Positions 25,001-38,944 are shown, counted from the whole stretch's first letter. The stretch is DNA of 63,573 bases, filler included, from Hausera hauseri (GCA_046269625.1; 13 parts of 13 records of this genome joined end to end with filler, not necessarily neighbours in it); one strand, 5' to 3'. The notes: a model not told the origin generated them from the letters alone. A program made the numbers and translations.

Positions 25001-26949
25001 GGGTCCTCTCCACCGCACTTCCAAAAATTGCTCAGATGAACCTCGGACCAAGTTTCCCCAACTATCTCGTAATTCTGAGCATTTCATGTTTTGTGATCGG
25101 AGACCCCTCCCCAGCCGGAAGCACAGGTCATATGTCGCACATGTCACCGATGGAAATCGGTAGAGCTCGATGAGTGGAGAAATTTTTTCTAGTGCGGCGA
25201 TAGTCGAAAGTTTTACTAGGCGGCGCTGGAAGCAAAAGAAGTAAAACAGGAAATGTTTTATGAGAAACGAGACACGAGTTACGAATTGCGCAATGTTCGT
25301 TTCAAATGTCAAACAGATGTCGGGGAATCTAATGCACACAATTTCAACTCGGTCTGACCATGGAAACATAAGGAAAAAATTGATGGGAAAATTTCAAACT
25401 GCCAAAATTTCCCATTGTTCAATCTGCTGGTTGAAGAAATGGATTGAGCACGCAGTTCATCAGTAGTTGAGCATTTTATATTATAGCCGCCTCACGATCA
25501 AACCAATGGATCGGGGTGGAAAATGCAACGAAAGAACGAACGAAAAAACGCATTGTTAAAAAGTCCAAATCATCGTTGTAAATGCGTTCGTTCGTTCGCT
25601 CGTTCTGCAAAAAGTCGTGTGTAAATTTTATTTCGTACGACAGCGACGAGCTCATAATTGAGTACTACTATTACTACTTATAAGGAGAATGTTTGTCACA
25701 TATAATATTATTATTTCTCAAGATTTGTTCGCTCTTTGATACACAAAACAACAGAAATGAAATAATACACATATTTCACAAAATTGATTGTAATGTAATC
25801 CAAAATAAGCAGTAATGTCCACAAAGCATGGCCATTGGATGTTGATAATGAACTCGATTATATTTAACACGGTATGATGATGATGATTGCAGTTCAATTT
25901 TAAAAACTAACGATGACGATATTAAAATCCAAGCGGATCGAATACTCCTACGACGTTGGTCGGATGGTGGACGTNNNNNNNNNNNNNNNNNNNNNNNNNN
26001 NNNNNNNNNNNNNNNNNNTTAATTAATTAANNNNNNNNNNNNNNNNNNNNNNNNNNNNNNNNNNNNNNNNNNNNGCTTACGGACATTATTGTACAAATGT
26101 GTGATTATATTTTATGTCAATAAATATTTCATTGTTTACCGTGTTTGTTTTATTCATAAGGTTTTTTAATTAAATGCGTTTCATTTATACTGTTTTGATA
26201 TTGTGAACACTTCTGCTACTTTGTGAACATTTATAACATACAGGTTACACACATTTATTATCGAACAAATTTTATTAAAAATATTACAACTGCACCAGTA
26301 AGAATACTACACACAAGTAAAACATTTCTCTGTCTTTTCCTAAATTCACCTCTAATGTTTTTTGGCACAAACCTACCAATCAGATTGCATCAAGTGGGGA
26401 TGGGAATAGTGAAACCCAATCTGCGCCAGAAATCCCTTTGTTCACAAGCAAAATTTAAACAATTGTTTTCGCGCCAAATTCAAATTTTTACACGTACTTA
26501 AAATTCATGCCATACATGTGCTTGTGGTATCCACTTTGTGACTGTGTATCTCCTATCTCCGCCCTATTAACCGTGCGTGTGTGTATCGTATTTTCTAACC
26601 AATGAGTCATCCGCCAACCATTTGCTTCCCTTCCTTCCCGGGGGGGGGGCTTGCGGTTATGGACTCCTATATACCTACTTCAGTACTACTGTGGTGCCGT
26701 TCTATTCCCAGTTCCGTACCACAAAGTCGTAGGTCAGGCTGCCGTGCGCCAGGGGCCACCACATTATGCCTCTAGCACCAAAGTTCACACCTTCATTTTC
26801 CTTTTCTACCAAAATAAACATCTATATGCATACTACGCATATGCATACACAACACCACAACACCTCCATTCATTCATTACAAAACATCTATCTTTTAAAA
26901 CTTCTACCTCCAACTCAACGGTATTCTTCTTCATCCAACAGACGATTCA

Positions 26950-28450
26950 CATCTTTCCATGCCTTTCCGATCTGTTTCATCCATTATTCTCATCACACCC
27001 ACACTTTTTAGTGGCTCTGATATCAATTCCGACACTTCCAAAACCAAAAAGACACACACATTTCCAGTCGTCTATCTTACCAAACCCACCACCAACACTA
27101 CATTCCATTGCGTAGGTATCTACCTTGACAATCAATACTCACCTCGAACCTGGTTAAATTTTCACGCCCGGTGGCTCAATGCACACAAACTCACTGATCC
27201 GTTTCTTCAAGCCAATAGCTTGCTCGTCTATTTGCCTTCCTCTTCAAAGTCGCGCCTTGAAACCTATCTGAAATTTTCGCAGAAGCTGAACCCTACAGCT
27301 TCCTGTACTCTGCAATACTCAAACTTACTGAACACTCTGTAGACCTAATAATCCAAAAATAATACAGTGACAACACCTTGGGCAATACCAAACCTTCAGA
27401 CTTTCTGCGAACTTCTTTTTCGCAACTGGGCACGCTAGGCGTAACACAATCAACCAATTCCGATCTCTTAAGACGCTATTTTCTGCAATCCTTGCCCAAG
27501 AAAATTCGAGCCCTTCTAACAGTCGTTGAGGACAGTGCGTCACTGGAAAAATTGGCACAGTAGGCTGACAAAAACTTTGATATATTACACAGTCAAAATC
27601 AACCCACAATTGCAGCAGCACTGACTACACAAACAACACATCATCAAAACACAATATCATACATTGATAATCAGTTTCAGTCATATCACGCAGAGAATGT
27701 AGCACTACGACAAGCAATCACAGCCATCACCAATGAGCTCAATCAAATTATAGTGCCAAGCAGATCTTTCTCTGGGAATCAACAGCTCCCCACAAGATTG
27801 AGTCGCTCTTCGCGCAGCAGTTCTCCTGTGCGGTGTCCGACCTGTTTTTTTCACTCCAAATATAAGCAGAATGCAAACAAATGCTGCATAGGATGCAGAT
27901 TTTACAACCAAATCTTGATATCAAATGATGCCGTCTGCATTTATCACAATAAATTTCGCGCCAATGCTCGCAAATGCATACAAGGCTGTAAATTTTACAA
28001 TTCCTCGGCACAGTAAAACTTAACAACGCCTTCAGAAAACTGACCACGCCACCAGAAGTTACGGCAACTTCTGGTCAAGGCTCAAACGCTTTATTAAACA
28101 GCCGTAATGCATTCTTTGCTGTCTTCACACTGCAAGCTACCATTACGTCTAAATATTCTTCCATCTCTTTTCTCATTGATACTGGAGCTGCAGTCTCACT
28201 CCTTCCTCTTTCTTATGAATCGCAAAAATCTTCTTCAATCAGTAATACCTTATTTACAGCCAATGCTGAACCGTTGCGCACCATTGGCACAGCACATCTT
28301 TCTATTTCTCTGCCAGATTTTTCTAAACATTTTCTTGGAAATTCACAATAGCTAATGTGCAAAGTCCAATCCTTGTATCAGACTTTCTTTTACATTACAA
28401 TTTACTGGTTGATTGTAGACAGCGTCGTTTGACGATAAGCCCTTCCTCCA
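26950..28450 (+). mobile_element. gag: CsRn1-like Gypsy gag (duplicated CHCC knuckle) and aspartic protease, decayed
   Basis: LGNTKPSDFLR...FLQSLP...LEKLAQ.ADK; CFFHSKYKQNANKCCIGC and CIYHNKFRANARKCIQGC; FLIDTGAAVSLLP. Confidence 0.85.
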
Positions 28451-28629
28451 AATTTTATCAGTTTCATCGGTTTTACATTCAACTTCACCAGAGTGCGATT
28501 CAATTATAAAACCGAATATCAAATCAATTTTAAAAAATAAAAATTTTGTAAATAATAATGTACATTATTATACCTCGAATACCTACATTTCGAGCGTTGA
28601 GAGTAATGAGTCTTCCTCTTACGGAGTAG

Positions 28630-29275
28630 GGGGATTGGAGCATACGGGGCCAATATAAATTTCCTATCTCGGACCACCCCAGGATTGGAAATCAATATTC
28701 GATAATCAGTTTTTGAACATTATCTTGGCGCTGTTGGGTTTAACTATTCCCACTCTCTAGAACAAAGCATTATCTGGCTCAGAATGGGTTACACTATTCT
28801 CAACCTCATTTTGTTTAAATTTTCAAAAACTGCAATACTGATTTTCCGAGGGGATTGGAGCACACTGGGCCGATATAAATTTTTTATCTCGGGCGCGTCC
28901 CCAGGATTGGAAATCAATATTCGATAATCAATTTTTGAACATTATCTGGCCGCTGTTGGGTTTTACTATTCCCATCCCTAGTACAAAGTATTACGTGGCC
29001 GCTGTTGGGTTTCACTATTCCCACCTTCTAGTACAAAGCATTACGTGGCCACTGTTAGGTTTCACTATTCCCACTCCCACTTTGTATAATTTTGCAATGT
29101 GAGAACACTGGGTCAACTCCCGAGGAATGGAAATCAATATTCAATAATTAATTTTTTTAAATTTTTGAATTTTTGAATTTTCTTTTTGAAATATTGATTT
29201 TCGAAAGTGCAATATTGATTTTCCGAAGTGTAATATTGATTTTTCAAAAGTGCAATATCGATTTTCTGGTGCAAA
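28630..29275. repeat. Nested direct/tandem repeat block (~120-bp duplicate, ~50-bp tandem x3, ~21-bp tandem x4)
   Basis: GGGATTGGAGCA...ACTATTCCCA at 28631 and 28851; GGCCGCTGTTGGGTTTCACTATTCCCA units; GTGCAATATTGATTTT units. Confidence 0.85.
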
Positions 29276-31039
29276 TTTCGAAAATTTTCGAAAAAATAAA
29301 AAGTATGTATTTTTGAATTCTGTATATGATGGCATTATTAGAGAAAATTTTTCAAAAAAAATTTTTCGAAATCAAATGTCTTTTTACTGAGTTTTCGAAT
29401 AATTTGGTTGGAAGGTCTAAAATGTTCAGTATTTCGAGCTCTGTCGGATGGTATAGGTCGCAAGTCTGTATGACGTAAGGAACCGAATATATAGCGATTC
29501 GAATATTTCGAAAATTTTCTTCAAAATGCAATCAAGTTTGTCGGATGGAGAAAAGAATTCTATATCTTGCGCATAAATTATTCGAAAAATTGTTTGCAAA
29601 CTCGATTTTTCGATTTACCGACTTTTCGAATAATTTTGAGTCCTACATGAGTAATGTTCAATTTTTTGAGCTCTATCGACTGGTGCAGGTCGCCAGTCAA
29701 TATGACTTACCGTTTCGAATATATATCGATTCGAATATTTCGAAAAAACTTTTCAAAATGAAATATCTGCGCAACAAAAAATCGTATTGACATGCGATCA
29801 AGTGGGTTAAATGCAGAAAAAAATTCTCTATCGAATCAATTTAAAATTTGTGACTTACACTTTAAATTAAAAATTGATTTTCAGTGCTTAAAATATTCGA
29901 AACGCAATAACTCAGTTCCCAAACGTCGTATTGACCTGCAATCAATTTTGTCGGAATCAGGAAAATGTCCTCAATGAAATAAAATCAAAATTATAGATTT
30001 CCAATTTTTCGAAAAAATTCGATTTTCGAATATTTTTTCAAACATTTTGTCATTTTGTCATGTACCCCTTGTCAACAGCTATTATTTAAGGCAAAAATCA
30101 GCCCAAAATGTTGTTTTCATGCAGAGATATTTGTGATTTGGTGTGTATAACGTAAAATCGATATATCTCTGGTGCGAATAAAGATAATTTAATGCGATTA
30201 AGCGCGTACGAATAAGAATTACTTACTCTATCGTTTGATATAGGTTTCAGATCGATCGGCGGCTTAATATCGATTTTATCATTTTTATCGGAAATGGATC
30301 GACACCCATTTTAATGGATTAAGCACGTCAAGGTACATAAAAAGAGGTATTGGCAATTTCTCTAAGTTGAATGGGTGCCGAGATATAATCGTTTGAATAA
30401 GGTTTTCATTATTCCAAAAGATATAAAAATCGATAAACTTGTATTTAAATGTTGAAAATCGAATAATCTTTAAACGTAGACAGATAGGAAACAATATATG
30501 GGGAATCCGAATCCGATGTTAGATATTCGAATACATTATTCGAAATCGAATAGTTATCGATTCGAACTCGAAAAATCGATCAAGCATAAATTATTCTAAT
30601 CATTTGGTTACTCCATTGTATTCAGCATATATGAAAACCTTGACGAAATTTTAAATTTTGTATGGGGCAATGCACTGTTGTCCATTAAATTATCTAAATA
30701 TATAATTCCACGGTACCTGTTTGTGTGTATTAATAAACTGTGAATTTTAAGGAAATGGTACAAAAATGTTAAAATCTTTAAGTGTAGACAGATAGGAAAC
30801 CATATATGGAGAGAGAAACATGATGTCAGATGTGTGAAAACATGATGAAATGCGCAATATTATGTGTGAAATATAGAATATAGCATGAGATATGATATAA
30901 GAAATGTGATGTATGGCATGTAAAATCATGCTTTCTCGGCCCAGGAATATATACAACTAATTATAAACTATGGTATGGCAAATGCATTAACTAATCTTTA
31001 TGAGTTGTAACCATATAAGGATATTCTCTTATCAACTAA

Positions 31040-31430
31040 AGTAGATAGATGTGAGGACACGGCTACAGACCCCTCCCAAGGAAGGAAAGTAACCAATCAG
31101 AGGAGGACACGTCATCTGGAGGGGGTAATGAAATCAGACCAATCAGAGAGCAGTATTCGGTGGACACAATAACACCTGACGCAGATTAGGTTTCACTATT
31201 CCCACCCCTTGAACAAAGACCCAAAACAAAGGAATTTTGGCGCAGAATAGGTTTGACTATTTAAAACCCCGAACAAAGACCCCCGAAAACAAAGACTTGT
31301 GGCTCCCCTCTCGGGATAAAAACTGACCCCCTCGGGATGAAAACTGACCCCGTCGTGGTAAAAATGGATCCCATCGGGATAAAAATTGATCCTCCCTCAA
31401 AGGTACCCCTATTTCCCAATTTCTGGTATA
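31040..31430. repeat. GC-richer element end with CCAAT boxes and 21-bp tandem (CCCCTCGGGATAAAAACTGAC x~4)
   Basis: Shares TAGGTTTCACTATTCCCAC with the 28630-29100 block; precedes a partial ORF at 31462. Confidence 0.6.
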
Positions 31431-31822
31431 TATACCCATGTTAAAATGTCATGTATGAAAAATGGATGCACAAGACCAATTAATACAATTGCAACCTTTT
31501 AACGAATTATCATTTGCTCAGTTGGTAACATGGTGGAAAGCAATTAACAACAACGTGGTTAAAGAAGCAAGAGATTTTGGATTTCTAAAAGATTTGGCAA
31601 TAATAGCTCTGATGACAAACGAGTGTACACTAATACAAAATCTCATTAATCTAATAAATCAAATGTATCTTCATCGAGTGTATGATACAAATTACTTTAA
31701 TACTATTGAAAAGGTACGTGGTNNNNNNNNNNNNNNNNNNNNNNNNNNNNNNNNNNNNNNNNNNNNTTAATTAATTAANNNNNNNNNNNNNNNNNNNNNN
31801 NNNNNNNNNNNNNNNNNNNNNN

Positions 31823-32907
31823 AATGAACTGATATCTGCTATGATGCTTCCGTCAAAATTAGCCATAATCAAATGTCCGGCGCATCGCAAAGGTAATGAT
31901 GACATAATCAGAGGCAATAATGCCGCGGATGAATCAGCAAAAATAGCATCAGGATGTAGAACTGCTATTTTGACACCAGTAATCTCACTTGAGCCAGTAA
32001 TGACACCTGATGACATCATTCACATTCAGAGCAATGCAACACAGAGTGAGAAGCAGTGTTGGAGCCAAAGGGGAGCAACACAAGATGATTATGGTTTGTG
32101 GAGATCTCATGAAGGATTGATTGTTGCACCAGTGTCATTACTGACCATGTTAATTTCAGAAAATCATGGTGTAGACCATTGTAGTCGAAGCGAAGTTGTA
32201 AATAGAGTAAAACAAGAAGGCTTTTGGTCACCATATCTGAGAGCTATGGTGGATGAAGTGTTGGGCCTATGTGACATTTGTGCTCAAAATAATGTCAGGA
32301 GAGGCATAAAAACACCAATCGGACACATTCCTGTTCCAGAAGGACCATTTAAACACTTAGTCATAGACTATGTCGACATGATTAAGTCTGTTCAACACAA
32401 ACGCTACATGTTGGTAGTGATTGATCGCTTTACCAGATGGGTTGAAGCATTGCCTTCTAAGGACATGAGTGCGGATACAGTTGTAAAGTTTCTGGTAAGA
32501 GAGGTAATCCCGCGGTTTGGAATACCGTCAGAAATAAGTTCAGACAACGGTCCTGCGTTTGTTCACAAGATTTTTAAAGGCATTTTGCAACAGTTGAGAA
32601 TAAAACAGCGCTTAGGAGCTGTTTATCACCCACAAAGTCAAGGAGTTGTTGAAAGGGTTAATCTAAGCTTGAAATCTAAGATTAACAAGATCTGTGCTTC
32701 TACTAACCTTAACTGGGTTGATGCTTTGCCGCTTGCGCTTCTCTATTACCGCACGCAAGCTCACAGAATAACTCATTTATCTCCGCATGAAATGCTAACA
32801 GGAAGAAAAATGCCAACACCCCAATACAGAGGTCCCCATAAGGGACCCCCGTTGGAACAGCTGGAACTTGAACTGAAATCATATGTTAAGGAACTAACAG
32901 CGATTCA
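31823..32907 (+). mobile_element. pol: Fish epsilon-like endogenous retrovirus pol (RNase H end, integrase), C-terminally truncated
   Basis: KCPAH...GNNAAD (RNase H); H.VDH...C..C; IDYVDM, SSDNGPAF, YHPQSQGVVER, SPHEMLTGR. Confidence 0.93.
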
Positions 32908-34922
32908 CAACAACTACAAAATCAAATAACTTACTAACCACGGTTAAATCAACGACACCATTAACAACCCCAAATATAGAATTAGCTGATGTTGTAACTA
33001 CCACAGAACCAACTATTCAAGCAGAAGTATTAATTACCACTGTGAAACCTAAAGTAGTTACCACGCGTCCAAATGATTTAGTAACAACCACGGTATCTGT
33101 TAAAACAACCAGTACAACCCCCACTAATAAGGTCACACCTGCAACAACTAAACCAACCGTGAGCAAGTCCATTAAGGGAAAAACGTTGACTAAAAGCTAC
33201 ACAACTCCTAGGTCAATTACTAAAACAACACCACAAAATGTTGAATTGACAAAACAAACTACAGAGGCTTTAACCACCATAAGCAGTACCATTTATGACT
33301 TTTCTGACCCTCGTCAGGGAGGATTGGATAGGATCAAAGGAACCAGTTATCACAATAATGTCAAACCTGTTTTTAAACCATTTAGATCTAGAATTGAAAT
33401 ACATCAAGGCACTGTCTCTCCCAGATCAGGAAGGACAGGACCTGTAAAAGTAGATGAACTTTGGGAATTAGCTAATCAAAATACATGGTACTTATGGGCA
33501 CTTTATACATCAAAGGAAATGACATCTAATGAATGCATATTATGCACTAAAGCACCTGGTGCACTCCCGATTGTGATTCCGGAAAAATACAGCTCACGAG
33601 AATGTGCAAATGTGCAGAGAGAAAAATGTAAAAATAAATTGCAAACTAATACTCAATCAAATATACCATTGTTTTTTAAACTTCCTATGTGTGGTATAAA
33701 ATGTAGGCTTTTATATGGAGCCCAGAAAATACACAACTATTTGGATATCTACCGCGGATATAAGATCCAAGAAAAATGCGCTGAGTTCTCAGTCAAAACC
33801 GAACAAAATGGACCACCGACAAGATATAAAATAGATTATGATGCTGAATATGAATGTTTTACAAGTGGAGGGTTCACAGATAAACGAGGATTTAATGTAG
33901 GCAACACAACAGTTAAGTGCAACGTAACTTGGGTACTTTCCTGGTTTCCACATGCAAATATGACACCAATCTTTGTTACAACACCCGTGTGGTATGAAAA
34001 CCCAGAACCTTTAAGCCAAGAATGTGAAAACATCACCATGACAATCCCAACAATTTATTTGTTCAGTGATCAAACTTTTCCTATAGCAGATAGTTACTGG
34101 ATGTGTGGAGATGATGTTTTGCTGAATATATTGCCACCAAGATGGATTGGATTGTGTGCTATGGTCAGAATGAAGTTGGCTGTGACAATGTTGCACGACA
34201 GAGTGAATGAGTTGATTAAACTGGATATGAATGTTGACAAAAGCAGGAATAAAAGGAATGATGTGTTGGATCAGAATGTTTATTTAAATGCAATAGGACA
34301 ACCTAAAGGAATCCCATCTGAGTTTAAAGCAAGAGATGAGATTAAAGCAGGGATAGAATCTATACTCCCCTGGATAACAATTAATAAAAATGTTGAGTGG
34401 ATTAATTATATCTACTATAATCAACAACGTATTCTCAATTACACCACTGAAGCTCTTGGACTGTTAGGAGAACAATTGCATGAAACAAGCAGAATGACTT
34501 TGCAGAACAGACAAGCATTAGATTGGTTATTAGCCGCCCAGGGCGGAGTTTGTCAAATGTTTAAAGACCAATGTTGTACATATGTGCCTCAGAATACAAT
34601 GCCAGAAGGAACGTTTTCTGAAGCCATGAAGAAAATTAGAGCTTTAAAAGTAGAACTTAGCACGAATGCTGGTAAAGATGACTGGTCGTGGAGTGGGTTT
34701 AACCTAAATTTAGGACAAGGGATAGCTATGATGTTAAAGATAGGGATTAGTACAATCCTAGTACTAATCATAATTTCCTTTTTGGCATGTTGTATCCTGC
34801 CGGCTGGGAAGCGTTGGTGGACCCGAACAGTAATGACACAAATGGACTTGGCGGCAGCGAATCAGTTTGTCCAGCTTCAGATGGCCGCAGAGGACATGTC
34901 TCCCCGCCTCCTGTTGAACTGA
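32908..34922 (+). CDS. env: Gamma-type retroviral Env with Thr-rich mucin-like N-terminal region; N-terminus/signal peptide missing
   Basis: CILC (CxxC), furin site RNKR, ISD LQNRQALDWLLAAQGGVC, CX6CC, C-terminal TM; frame is open upstream of the 33042 start (TTTKSNNLLTTVKSTTP...). Confidence 0.9.
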
Positions 34923-35878
34923 ATGCAAGAAGGACGTAGGGGCGGAGGGGACTGCGCGGTCAACAGAAGTACTGGTAAAAAGGTCAAAAGCGGACGTGCT
35001 GGTTCAAGTAAAAGTCCTCCTCCAGGGTTTGTCATGCCCCAAACATGAACATTATTTTTGTTTTGTTTTTGCAACTATAAGAAGAATCGAACTGAACTGA
35101 ACTTCATTTGTTTTTACTCCATAATACATTTTATCCTTTATTTCTTATTTTTACTTTTTTTGATTTTATTCACATACCCAGGCATCATCATGGACTTTGA
35201 TGCAGAACTTTGATGTTTAAGCAACGGCCGAAATATCATAATCCATTTTTATGTTTTATCACACCATGGTTCATTTATTCAAGTTATACATTGTTTATCT
35301 TTTAAACATTAATGTTTTTGTGTTTTTTATCAGTTATTATTTTTATCATTTAGTTTATCATTGACTTTTTTTTGTGTTTATTTTTGTCATTTATCTTTTA
35401 TGATTAACCTTTTGTCATTTTATCATTTATCAAATGTGTTGTTTTAATGTTACAGGTTATTTCCATTTTTTATCATTTAGTGAGCTATTTCAGGGCCACT
35501 AAGATTTTATACATTATTCTTATAACTCATTTATTCTTACAAAGGTTTAGTATTCTATTAGTGTTATACAACAGGTTGTATGTTAAAACTTTGTTGAAAA
35601 GCGAAAGGGTTGGTGGGTGCCGCCACTCCCGGCCACTAACGAGGCGGGAGCTCCGAGTGAGGGTGGAGTCCCGTGGAGAGATTTTTCCCGTGCATGCCAG
35701 CCATGGGTTTTCGGCTCCACGGGGAGTGTCGGCAAACACCTGCAGGGGTAAATTGAGTTAGCCCTATAAACCTTTCAGNNNNNNNNNNNNNNNNNNNNNN
35801 NNNNNNNNNNNNNNNNNNNNNNTTAATTAATTAANNNNNNNNNNNNNNNNNNNNNNNNNNNNNNNNNNNNNNNNNNNN

Positions 35879-36396
35879 GAAAATTGTGAAATGGCTTTCA
35901 GTGCTTTCTCATCACCAGGATTACCGAATTGTAGCTGCAGGATACAATTAACTTGGAACAAACATTTTTGTCCCGTATTTAAATTGCGACCCAACCATCA
36001 TTCGGGTTCGTTTTTCTCCAAAGAAAGTGTTATGGAATTCTTTTCAAATATTAGTTCATCAATGTTCTGGGCTATATAATTATACATAGTTATCAGATAG
36101 TCTCCCGGTAGAGAGTCGTTGAGTTCTACGATGCCTTGTAGTGGGTATTCATTGGTAGTCATTGGAGTCGGAGTAGCGCAAGACAGAGTGGTATAGGATG
36201 CTTTCTCGTTGTATCTTGCATTAGAATTACTCGGCGAAATTGCAGAAAATTCATTTATCGTTATTCGTAAAGGTTGAACTGTATCATTATCCATATCTTC
36301 AACGTTCGACGGTGAATGGTTCGGTCTTGTTTTTTCAATTATATCCCGTTCCAGCTTTGGGTCCGTTATATGTAAAAGGAAATTCTGGTCTCCCAA
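35879..36396 (-). pseudogene. SH3-domain protein fragment with premature TGA
   Basis: MYNYIAQNIDELIFEK...EPE*WLGRNLNTGQKCLFQVN matches the SH3 pattern YDY..DEL.F / EWW.G / GLFP.N. Confidence 0.7.
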
Positions 36397-38431
36397 GTAT
36401 TGGTTATCTGCACTGAAAATGTCTGTAATTCAATCGAGTGTCCTAAAAAACGGAACAAGTAGACGGAAGAAAAATGATAATGTTTTATCTCTGGGACTCA
36501 GAGATAAACTGTTCGACCACAAGGAATGGATGATGATCCAAATAAGTGCACTGTCTCCATGGACCAAGAAGAAAGGCAAACATGGAAAAAAATGGCGGGT
36601 TCCAGAAACGACGGTTCCTGGCATCCTACTTCTGACACCAAATATTGGAACTAGTAATTGGGACTTCGACCAGTACCATTTCAATTTTCTCTTCGCAAAA
36701 ATAATGACTGTAAAACGTAAGAAAATCGACCTCGATATGTTGCTGCGTCAACCAACCTCCAAAAGGGTCTTTAGCACCAGGAATCTTCTGCAACGGGGGA
36801 TTTTACAAAATTAACCAATTCCATCAATTTCATGGTTTAAGATGATGCAAAACGGTTCAAAATATAGAGATTGAAGTAATTGTATTTTACAAAAGAAAAC
36901 AAATGTGATCTCATAACAAAATGTCAGAATTGATTTTTATCATCCCGAAATCACAAGCAATATTGTAGCATATTTAAACAAAAAACGTCTGGAAATATAA
37001 AAGCTTTCCACAAGGTCGGGCAAATCCTCTTGTGCATCCGACACCCGAAAATTGTTAAAATGGTACAAATGTAATTTTCACATAATCAAATATGTATTTT
37101 ATTTACTCCGACATATATTTCTTTTTATTTGTTCGTCAAATGGCATGATGAAATTTGTCAGCAATAATATATTTCGGACTTAATTTGTTGACTTGCATTT
37201 TCTGTTCTCTAAAGAGAATTTGTTTAATGTCTTTGGAACAAAACTGATTGATCCTGAGTTAAAGATTGCCATTTTTGCCGTCGTTACGACTACAGCCACG
37301 GAAGAGTCAATATCGTTGACGGAGAACTTTCGTGATAAGTATTTAAAAATTAACCGGTCCAGCAGCTTCAATCTCGACGACCATAGATGCTTTTTTTATG
37401 GATGGTAAATTTGGTGAGATCGCAACAGCTTGATGAAAGAAAACTGGATTTAATGACCGATTTTATGCTGCTAATGTAAACGATGAACGAAACAAGAACG
37501 AATTGAAATAAAATGGTTTGGCGATTTTCAGCATTCGAATTAAACTAATTAACGATACGGAAAACAATTGAATGTATTTTGTTCTGTCCATTTTCACAGC
37601 ATTAAATGGTAAATTGGAATTCTATTTTATTATAGAACAAACGATTCTCTAATTGTTCCTTGAATATGATTCGTCGGTACTCTCTAGATACAGTAATGAT
37701 AACAAGTATTGATCTGATGATTTCCACCTTGAACATTGACTGTTTTTGTATCAGGATTAATTTGGAGTTGTAGTGAGACACGACAGGAAATTTCCTTTTT
37801 TGCAAGCAGACTTGTCGAATTTTTATGTTAATTGCTGTCTTATCGGTTTTGTTCATTTTGATTTATATTCATTTACTTTTCTCAAATCGCCGATTACTTG
37901 TTTGGATCATATCAAGTTAGATGAATTCGTAAACAAAGGCTGTAGATTGATCTGTTCGACAGTGATCCGAGTAGAGACAAAATCTTCGGTGTTATGCAAC
38001 ACTAAAAAAACGGAGTCGATCCTAGATTTGCTCAAATTGCAAACTGGTTGGCCATTTGTAACCTTCGTAATGTAGCTGCGTTGGATGTTACGAGATTGGA
38101 AACGGTCGATAAAATTCCATTATTTGTTTTTAAATCCAGATAGCCATTGTTATTTTGCGACATTTGCCAATTTTATAAGGCTTACTGCACAACCATGTCG
38201 GAAACTGCCGTTAATGTGGAGCTTGGATTGCTTCAATGTGATACTCTACAATGTGATTTTTACGGAATATATTTCAAATATAAAGTGTCAAATTAAAATT
38301 TGCTGCTAATAATCATTTACCCGTCAATTTCTTTGATCAATGAAGAAAGTTGAAAAATCCAATTTCACAGTTTTCTAAATAAGATTACTCAGGAGGTTGA
38401 AAATCATTTTAACAAAACTACTCCAAATGGA

Positions 38432-38944
38432 GTGAAATTTCTTTCAGCTAATGCTTTAGAATCGAAATCCGATCAAGAGTTTATTAAAAGAATCCAACCA
38501 GGAATGTTAGTAACATTTTTGAAAAATATTTTCGATGTCACGAAACGAATGATGCCGAAGGGTGGATTTAAAGATTATGAAGAGTTGTTACGACCAAATA
38601 AAAGAGAAAATAAATCGAAAATCTTTGTATCAAATGACACTGGAAAAACTGCTAAAAAGAAAACATTACTTTGGTGTTTAGCATTAGAAAACACAAATAC
38701 TATGCAAGTTGAAAAGGGAACGTCCAATGAATATATTAGGAATTTAAATCCGGAAACTCTGCAGCAGATTCATGACGTTTTGGATAATGAGGAAATCAAA
38801 TCATTAAAACAAAATGTCAGATCGACTTCATCAAATCGATCACGATCCAGATCTAGTGAAAGACGTGACAAAAGACACGACAGAAAACAGAAAGAATCAT
38901 CACAAATCTCGATCGAATTCACGAGGCAAATATCACGAAAATGA
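38432..38944 (+). CDS. Unknown ORF with RS-rich C-terminus (fragment)
   Basis: 170-aa ORF ending SNRSRSRSSERRD; no family recognised. Confidence 0.3.
   Translation: MKFLSANALESKSDQEFIKRIQPGMLVTFLKNIFDVTKRMMPKGGFKDYEELLRPNKRENKSKIFVSNDTGKTAKKKTLLWCLALENTNTMQVEKGTSNEYIRNLNPETLQQIHDVLDNEEIKSLKQNVRSTSSNRSRSRSSERRDKRHDRKQKESSQISIEFTRQISRK

Noticed and set aside
28630-29275. CRISPR-like repeat array
   Set aside because: Units are degenerate tandem or nested repeats without unique spacers; eukaryotic context; no cas genes
9333-36000. Alternative genetic code suggested by in-frame stops (TGA at a Trp site in SH3, stops in the polyprotein)
   Set aside because: Stops are of all three types, sparse, one substitution from sense codons and accompanied by frameshifts; decay or error is simpler
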